A DNA stretch of 64,000 nucleotides, taken from the NCBI GenBank assembly GCA_963737605.1, contig CAVTTE010000001.1:2631-66630 (forward strand). Direction: 5' to 3'. Below, piece by piece: positions 56,280 through 64,000 of the stretch. A model generated the notes under the pieces. That model ran no database searches, was not told where the DNA came from, and was given only the letters and a program-made list of their open reading frames with translations. Made by a program: the position numbers and the translations under genes. Within the stretch, counting starts at the first letter, position 1; each line of letters starts with the position of its first letter. The DNA comes from an uncultured Actinomycetes bacterium (lineage in GTDB: Bacteria > Actinomycetota > Acidimicrobiia > IMCC26256 > JACDBD01).

Positions 56280-59200
56280 ATGAACGAGCACCTCGACCGG
56301 GCGGTCGCCGTCGTTGGAGTGGGCGCGATCATGCCCGACGCGCCCGACACGGCGACGTTCTGGGAGAACATCAAGGCCGGTCGCTACAGCATCAGTGACG
56401 TCGACCCGGTGCGCTGGGACCCGGAGCTCTACTACGACCCCGATCCGAAGGCACCGGACAAGACGTACTCGAAGATCGGCGGCTGGGTGCACGACTGGGC
56501 GTGGGACCCGCGTGCCTGGAAGCTGCCGGTCATGCCGCGCGTGGCGGACGCGATGGACGACGCGCAGAAGTGGGCGGTTGCCTGCACGCACCAGGCGCTC
56601 GCCGACTACGGCTACCCGGATCGATCTCTCGACAACGAGCGGGTCGCCGTCGTCTTCGGCAATGCCATGGCCGGGGAGAAGCATTACGAGACGGCGCTGC
56701 GCATCAGCTTTCCTGAGCTCGCCGACGAGCTCGCTGCGGCACCGAGCTTCCGTGCACTGTCCAACGACGTGCAGCGAGCGATCACGACTGAGCTGGGCGA
56801 CACGGTCGACAAGCGATACCCCGAGATCACCGAGGACACCATGCCCGGTGAGCTCTCCAACTGCATCGCCGGGCGGGTCGCCAACTTGTTCAACTTCCGA
56901 GGGCCCAACTACGTCATCGACGCCGCGTGCGCGTCGGCCATGGCCGCGATCAGCTCGGCCGTGGAAGGGCTCGTCGAGGGCGAATACGACGCGGTGATCT
57001 CGGGCGGCATCGACCGCAACATGGGCGCGTCGACGTACGTGAAGTTCTGCAAGATCGGGGCGCTGTCGGCGACCGGGACCCGCCCCTACGCCGAGGGTGC
57101 CGACGGGTTCGTGATGGGCGAGGGTGCCGCCGTGTTCCTGCTGAAGCGTCTTGGCGACGCCATCCGCGCCGGCGACCGCATCTACTGCGTCCTCCTCGGC
57201 CTGGCCGGCTCGAGCGACGGCAAGGGCAAGGGGATCACCGCCCCGAACCCGGTGGGTCAGAAGCTGTGCATCGAGCGAGCGTGGCGCAACGCCGGGGTCG
57301 GCACCGCAGACGGCGACGCTGGTCGAAGGGCACGGCACCTCCACTCGAGTGGGCGACGTGGTGGAGCACGAGAGCATGGCGGCGGTCTTCGGTGGCAACG
57401 GCATCGCGCCCGGGTCCATCGCCCTCGGGTCGGTCAAGTCGAACATCGGCCACCTCAAGGGGGCCGCCGGCGCGGCCGGGCCTCTTCAAGGCGGTCATGT
57501 CACTCCACGAGAAGGTGATCCCGCCCAGTCTCAACTTCTCCCGTCCGAACCCCGACATCGACTTCTCCCTGCAGCCCGTTCCGAGTGAACACCGAGTTGC
57601 GCGAGTGGGAGCGGCCCGAGGCCGGCGTGCGGCGGGCCGGTGTGAGCGCCTTCGGCTTCGGCGGCACCAACTTCCACACCGTCCTCGAGGAGTACGTGCC
57701 AGAGCCGGGTGACGGCGGCGCGAAGACCTACGCGGCACCCGAGGTGAAGGCGACATCGGGCACCGCGTCGGTCCGCGCGCCCGGTCCGGCGCGCGGCACC
57801 GCGGTCGTAGGCGCCGCCACCGAGGCCGAGCTCGGCGAGCGGCTGGCCGGCTTGGCGTCCGACGCCGCTCAGGGTCGGGTCCCCCCCGCGGGGCCCCCCT
57901 CGCGGGACGCCTTGCGCGCGCCCGAACGCGTGGCGATCGACTTCGTCACGGCCGAAGAGCTGGGCGACAAGGCCGTCCGCGCCCAGAAGGCGCTGACCGG
58001 CGACGATGCAGTCTGGAAGTTGTTGCGCTCGCGCGGCGTCTTCCGCGGCAGCGGTCCGGCGCCCAAGGTGGCGTTCCTCTACACCGGGCAGGGCTCGCAG
58101 TACCCGAACATGCTGCGGAAGCTCGCGGAGACCGAGCCGCGGGTCACCGAGGTCTTCGACGAGGCCGACCGCGTCATGACCCCGCTGCTCGGCGGACGCC
58201 GGCTGCGCGACTACCTCTTCGTCGATCCCGGCGACGAGGCCGCGGTGGCGCAGGCCAATGAGGAGCTTCGCCGGACCGAGATCACCCAGCCCGCCGTCCT
58301 CACCGTCGACTACGCGCTCGCACGCGCCTCCTCGACGAGCACGGGCTCCGTCCCGACTTCGTCATGGGCCACAGCCTCGGCGAGTACGGCGCCCTCGTGG
58401 CTGCCGGCGCCCTGTCGTTGGCTGACGCCCTCGAGGCGGTGAGTGCACGGGGCCGCGAGATGGCCAACCTCGACATCGAGGACCACGGCCTCATGGCTGC
58501 GGTGTTCGCGCCCCTCGCCGAGGTGGAGGAGATCGTCGCCGGCATCGCGGGCAACGTCGTCGTCGCCAACGTCAACAGCACGAGCCAGGCCGTCATCGGC
58601 GGCGCCAGCGCGGCGGTTGAGCAGGCGATCGCCGCGCTCAACGCCGCCGGCCATCGCGTCGCGCCGCTGCCCGTGAGCCACGCGTTCCACACCTCGATCG
58701 TGGCGCCGGCCTCCGAGCCGCTGCAGCGCACGCTCGCGCGGCTACGACTGCGGCCACCCGCGATCCCGGTGGTCGCCAACTTGAGCGGCGACTTCTACCC
58801 GATGGGGCCGGGCGTCGAAGCCGAGATGATCGAGATCCTCGGCCGCCAGGTGGCGTCTCCCGTGCAGTTCGCGAAGGGGCTGCGCACGCTCCACGAGAAC
58901 GGAGCCCGGGTGTTCGTCGAGGTCGGCCCGAAGAAGGCCCTGCACGGCTTCGTCGAGGACGTGTTCGGCAGCGAGCCCGACGTGGTCGCCCTTTTCACCA
59001 ACCATCCGAAGTGGGAGGACGACGTCGCCTTCAACCAGGCCCTCTGCGGCCTCTACGCCGCCGGAGTCGGGCCCGGCGACTCGACCGAGGCTCCGGCCGG
59101 GACAACCGACCTGGTCGCAGCGCCGCCCCTGACCGCGGCCGCGCCCGCGACGCACCTCGTCCCGGCTGAGCGGTACTCGGAGCTCGGGCAACTCGTGGCG

Positions 59201-62200
59201 GAGTTCCTCGACCGCACGGTCGAGGCCGACGCCGACGGTGCCGGGCGACGGCGACCGGAGGTCATCGCGGGCGCGGCCCTGGGCGCACCCGGTACCGAAC
59301 GAGTCTTCGATCCCACCAACCTCGGGCGCCTGCTGAATGGTGAGCAGTGCATCAAGGCCATTCCGCCCGAGATTCGGGACGCCATCCTCGGTCAGCACAT
59401 CACCCGTCTGGTCAAGCGCGAGGACGGGAGCGGCAGCTTCGAGACCATCGACGACGCCGCCGACGTCATCAAGCTCGCAGCACGCGCCCACGCATTCGAC
59501 CCTGTCGGGGAGTTCGGCATCGACGCCGAGCGGGTTCCCGCCTTGGAGAACACAACGTGCATGGCCATCGCGGCCGGCTTCGACGCGCTCCGCGACGCCG
59601 GCATCCCGCTGATCCTGCACTACAAGACGACGCACATCGGAACCCGGCTCCCCGAACGCTGGGGCCTCCCCGACGAGCTTCGGGACGACACCGGCGTGAT
59701 CTTCGCCTCCGCCTTTCCCGGACTGGACGCCTTCGCCGGCCACGCTCGCGACTACTACACGGACAAGGCCCGCCGAGAGCAGCTCGCCGCCCTCGAAGCG
59801 GTGCAGGCCAGCCTGTCGAGCATCGACGGAGCCGGCGCCGGCACCGCCGCCGCGAGCGCCGAGCTCGACGGGCGGATCGCAGCGCTGCGAGCCGAGATCG
59901 AGGCCAACCCGTATGTCTTCGATCGTCGCTTCCTGTTCCGCGTGCTCTCCATGGGGCACTCGCAGTTCGCCGAGATCATCGGTGCCCGGGGGCCCAACAC
60001 GCAGGTGAACGCGGCCTGCGCCAGCACCACCCAGGCCATCGCGGTTGCCGAGGACTGGATCCGCACTCGTCGCTGCCGGCGGGTCATCGTCGATCGCGGC
60101 CGACGACGCGACTTCCGACAACCTCCTGGGTTGGATCGGCGCCGGCTTCCTCGCCTCGGGTGCGGCGGCAACCGACGCCGCCGTCGAGGAGGCGGCCACC
60201 CCGTTCGACCGACGCCGCCACGGGATGATCCTCGGAATGGGGGCGGCCGCACTCGTGCTCGAGTCGGCCGAGGCAGCCGAGGAGCGGGGGGTCCGCCCGA
60301 TCGCCGAGGTGCTGTCCGCGTTCACGGCCAACAGCGCCTTCCACGGCACCCGCCTCGACGTGGGCCACATCAGCCAGGCGATGGAGACGCTCGTCAGCCA
60401 GGCCGAGGAGCGGTGGGGCGTGGACCGCCAGGAGATGGCGCCGGCGACGGTGTTCGTCTCCCACGAGACCTACACACCCGCCCGGGGCGGGAGCGCGGCG
60501 GCTGAGGTCGCCTCGCTGCGCTCGGTCTTCGGACCGTCGGCCGAGCCAGATCGTGGTGGCGAACACCAAGGGCTTGACCGGCCATCCCATGGGCGCCGGC
60601 ATCGAGGACGTGGTCGCGGTCAAGAGCCTGGAAACGGGGCTGGTGCCGCCGATCGTCAACTACAAGGAAGCCGACCCCGAGCTCGGCGAGCTGAACCTCT
60701 CGCGCGGCGGCAGCTATCCGGTGCGCTACGCCTTGCGCCTGGCTGCCGGGTTCGGCTCCCAGATCAGCATGACGCTGTTGCGGTGGGTGCCATCGCCCGA
60801 CGGTGGTCGGCGGGCTCCCGACGAGCTGGGCTACGAGTACCGGATCGACGACCCGGCCCGGTGGCGCGGCTGGCTCGCCCGAGTGAGCGGCAACGGCGAC
60901 GCCACGCTCGAGATCGTGCAGCACCAGCTGCGGGTGATCGACACCGAACCGACCGGCGGCGCCGTAAAGGCCCCGGAGGTCGAAGCCGCGCCCCGCCGCG
61001 CCGAGCCCGCGCCCGTCCCGGAGGTCGAGCCCGCGCCGGTCCCGGAGGTCGAGCCCGCGCCGGTCGCCGAGGTGACGGTCGCCGCGCCGGGGTCGGCGAG
61101 GACGACGTGCGCGAGCAGGTGCTCGCCCTGGTGGCAGAGAAGACCGGCTACCCCCAGGACATGCTCGACCTCGACCTGGATCTCGAAGCCGACCTCGGCA
61201 TCGACACGGTCAAGCAGGCCGAGCTGTTCGCCACCGTGCGCGAGGCCTACGGCATCCCCCGCGACGACAACCTGAAGCTGCGCGACTTCCCCACCCTCGA
61301 GCACGTGATCGGCTTCGTGGTCCAGCGGGCCGGCACGACACCCGACACCGCGCCCGCGCCCGTCGAACCGGAGGTCGAGCGCACCGCGGTCCGAGCCGCC
61401 GAGTGAGGCGGCGCCGGCCGGGGTCGGCGAGGACGACGTGCGCGAGCAGGTGCTCGCCCTGGTGGCAGAGAAGACCGGCTACCCCCAGGACATGCTCGAC
61501 CTCGACCTGGATCTCGAAGCCGACCTCGGCATCGACACGGTCAAGCAGGCCGAGCTGTTCGCCACCGTCCGCGAGGCCTACGGCATCCCCCGCGACGACA
61601 ACCTGAAGCTGCGCGACTTCCCCACCCTCGAGCACGTGATCGGCTTCGTGGTCCAGCGGGCCGGCACGACACCCGACACCGCGCCCGCGCCCGTCGAAGC
61701 AGGTCGCGCCGGCGCGAGGTCGCCACCGCGGCCGAGCCGCCGAGTGAGGCGGCGCCGGCCGGGGTCGGCGAGGACGACGTGCGCGAGCAGGTGCTCGCCC
61801 TGGTGGCAGAGAAGACCGGCTACCCCCAGGACATGCTCGACCTCGACCTGGATCTCGAAGCCGACCTCGGCATCGACACGGTCAAGCAGGCCGAGCTGTT
61901 CGCCACCGTGCGCGAGGCCTACGGCATCCCCCGCGACGACAACCTGAAGCTGCGCGACTTCCCCACCCTCGAGCACGTGATCGGCTTCGTGGTCCAGCGG
62001 GCCGGCACGACACCCGACACCGCGCCCGCGCCCGTCGAAGAGGTCGCGGCCGCGCCCGCGCCGAGCCCGGAGGCCACCGTCGGCCTGGAAGCCTGCGACG
62101 CCGTGCCCCGTCGGGTGCCCGTGCCCGTGCTGCGGCCGCCGGTCGACCGCTGCCGCCCGACCGGCGTCACATTGAGCGCAGGTTCGCGCGTCGTGGTGAT

Positions 62201-64000
62201 GCCCGACCGCGGCGGAGTGAGCGAGGCGCTCGTCGAGCTTCTCCGCCGAGCGCGGCGTCGAGCCGTTGGTCATCGAGGGAACGCCGGACGCCGAGAAACT
62301 CGCCGGTCAGCTCGACGCGTGGACCGGTGCCGGCGCCGTCCAGGGCGTCTACTGGCTGCCCGCCCTCGACGTGGAGCCGCCCCTCGCCGAGCTCGACCTC
62401 GCCGGCTGGAGAGAAGGCCTCAGGCTTCGGGTGAAGCTCCTCGCGGCCACGATGCGATCGCTCTACGAGCACGTCGCGTCGGCTGGCACCTTCCTCGTCG
62501 CGGCCACCCGCTTGGGCGGCCGCCACGGCTACGACGAGGCAGGCGCCATCGCCCCACTGGGTGGAGCTGTGACCGGCTTCACCAAGGCCTACAAGCGCGA
62601 GCGTCCGGACACCATGGTCAAGGCGGTCGACGTGGAGGGCGGGGCCGCCCCCGAAGAGGTCGCCGCCGGCCTCGTGAACGAGACCCTGCACGACCCGGGC
62701 GCGGTCGAGATCGGCCGACAGGGCGGGCTCCGGTGGGCCGTCGGCCTGCAAGAGCAACCCGTGGAAGACGGTCAGCCCGGTATGTCGCTCGGCCCGGAAA
62801 CGGTCTTCGTCGTGACCGGCGCTGCCGGCAGCATCGTGTCGGCCATCGTCGCCGACCTGGCCGCGGCGTCGGGCGGGACGTTCCACCTGCTCGACCTCAC
62901 CGCCGAGCCCGACCCCGGAGACCCCGACCTCGAGCGCTTCGTGACCGACCGGGACGGCCTGAAACATGACCTGATCCAGCGCATCAAGGACCGGGGCGAC
63001 CGGGCCACGCCCGCGCTCGTGGAGCGCGAGCTGGCCAGGCTCGAACGCGCGAGGGCCGCGCTCGACGCGGTGCTCGCGGTTCGGGAGGCGGGTGGCGAGG
63101 CCATCTACCACAGCGTGGACCTGCGCGACGCCGCGGCCGTCCGGAAGACGGTCGAGATGGTCCGCGAGCGGCACGGACGGGTCGACGTGCTGTTGCACGC
63201 GGCGGGTCTGGACGCCAGCCACTTCCTCCCCGACAAGTCGGACGAGGAGTACGAGCTGGTCTTCGACGTCAAGAGCGACGGCTGGTTCAACCTGCTCGCC
63301 GCCATCGACGACATGCCGCTGGGCGCCACCGTGTGCTTCAGCTCGGTGGCCGCGCGCTTCGGCAACGGCGGCCAGACCGACTACAGCGCGGCCAACGACC
63401 TGCTGTGCAAGACGACGTCGAGCTTCCGCACCACACGGCCCGAGACGCGCGGCATCGCCATCGACTGGACCGCCTGGGGCGGCATCGGCATGGCCACCCG
63501 GGGCTCCATCCCCAAGATGATGGAGATGGCGGGCATCGACATGCTGCCGCCGGAGGCCGGCGTTCCCTGGGTCCGCCGGGAGCTCGTCGGCGGCGGCCGG
63601 CGCGGTGAGGTGCTGGTGGCGGAGGGTCTCGGCATTCTCATGGAGGAGGCGGACCCCGACGACGGCCTCGACCGAGCCGCCTTGGCCGGGCTCGCCCGCG
63701 GGCCGATGGTCGGAACGGTGAGATCGATGGGGGTCTGGCGACCGCTTGCGGTCGAGACGATGCTGGACCCGACCGCGCAGCCTTTCCTCGACGACCACCG
63801 CATCGACGGCGTGCCCGTGCTGCCCGGCGTGATGGGTGTGGAGGCGTTCGCCGAGGTCGCGGCGCTGGCCGTGCCGGGCTGGCAGGTGGTCTCGATCGAG
63901 GACGTCGCGTTCCTGGCTCCGTTCAAGTTCTACCGCGACGAGCCCCGGCAAGTGACCGTGGAGGCAACGGTCATGCCCGGCGACGGAGGCGAGCTGCTCG
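56280..64000 (+). CDS. PfaA-like multidomain PUFA/polyketide-type synthase, first 7.7 kb (3' end beyond window): KS, malonyl-AT, a second KS with ~90-aa insertion, 3 tandem ACP, KR, PKS-type DH; about 10 frame changes
   Basis: ATG 56280 follows GGGAGAGAG. KS1 motifs: [32 protein letters not shown] motifs: [28 protein letters not shown]2 motifs: [30 protein letters not shown]. The three ACPs each read [33 protein letters not shown] motifs: [22 protein letters not shown]. The DH motif is [15 protein letters not shown]. The frame is open to base 64000. Pieces lie in ORFs 54597..57518, 57151..57588, 56927..57712, 57585..58442, 58364..60505, 60045..61406, 60553..61275, 61438..61947 and 61779..62969, plus an unlisted open frame from 62248. 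Confidence 0.85.
61003..61074 (+). repeat. 3 x 24-nt tandem repeat encoding an EPAPVPEV linker just upstream of the ACP array
   Basis: The units are GAGCCCGCGCCCGTCCCGGAGGTC, GAGCCCGCGCCGGTCCCGGAGGTC and GAGCCCGCGCCGGTCGCCGAGGTG. They translate to [24 protein letters not shown] in ORF 60553..61275. Confidence 0.8.
61089..62039 (+). repeat. Three near-identical 279-nt tandem units (ACP-domain coding) at 61089..61367, 61420..61698 and 61761..62039
   Basis: By direct comparison the cores are identical, except for example G/C at the GCCACCGT(G/C)CGCGAG position of unit 2. Start-to-start distances are 331 and 341 nt. Neither is a multiple of 3, but their sum (672) is. Confidence 0.9.

Noticed and set aside
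54597-57518. 973-aa ORF suggesting an ACAD-KS fusion.
   Set aside because: The ACAD C-terminus ([15 protein letters not shown] / [13 protein letters not shown]-stop at 56251) is recovered in the other two frames. The KS gene has its own SD and ATG at 56280. The in-frame bridge is non-homologous.
61404-61747. TGA codons at 61404 and 61745 that would make ACP1, ACP2 and ACP3 separate small genes.
   Set aside because: Read in the frame of the downstream ACP core, the shared linker segment gives [16 protein letters not shown] with no stop. The ACP units lack their own start or SD context. The 331/341-nt periodicity points to one indel per linker.
61003-62039. Tandem repeats as a possible CRISPR array or satellite.
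   Set aside because: The units are 24 nt (no spacers) and ~335 nt. They translate into a Pro/Ala linker and ACP domains inside a megasynthase gene. No cas genes and no repeat-spacer structure occur anywhere in the window.

Overview
High-GC (roughly 70% by eye) Actinomycetota-like chromosomal segment, almost fully coding. I reconstruct about 46 protein genes. I recognise no rRNA, tRNA, CRISPR array, transposase or integrase.

Gene order, left to right:
- rtcB (3' part) and archease
- nadA
- a phosphoribosyltransferase-dienelactone hydrolase fusion
- a BON/DUF2267 protein
- an operon of acs, 2-oxoacid dehydrogenase E1alpha/E1beta/E2 and a free-standing ACP
- two CBS-pair proteins, hsp20 and an M50-CBS protease
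- a FadD-type ligase, a TreT-like glycosyltransferase and ppsA
- a MacB/FtsX-type ABC exporter
- PPOX-family proteins and universal stress proteins
- a GNAT-first Pat-type acetyltransferase
- DUF1918 and gap
- two KAS III-like genes
- an FNT channel - PFOR - PyrD-like operon
- hydrolases
- a kinase-like / class-III aminotransferase pair
- a Liv-type ABC importer that runs directly into a WS/DGAT gene and a PrimPol-Zn finger-HIRAN gene
- a very long P-type ATPase with TerC
- an acyl-CoA dehydrogenase followed by the first 7.7 kb of a PfaA-like megasynthase

Major caveat: the sequence as given carries roughly 75-80 single-base frame disruptions, mostly +1 and unevenly distributed. Most long genes are therefore split over several ORFs of the track. 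Coordinates below are for the reconstructed genes, and junction positions are approximate.

Main hunt results:
1. A recurrent GGGAC-N4-GTCCC-like palindrome sits in nearly every promoter-bearing intergenic gap. The gene set parallels the mycobacterial DosR dormancy regulon.
2. An E1/E2 2-oxoacid dehydrogenase module is translationally coupled to a discrete ACP.
3. The PfaA-like synthase has an extra KS domain, and its three tandem ACPs all carry Thr at the phosphopantetheine Ser position.
4. A PrimPol-CHC2 zinc finger-HIRAN protein is start/stop-coupled to a WS/DGAT gene, with no mobile-element context.
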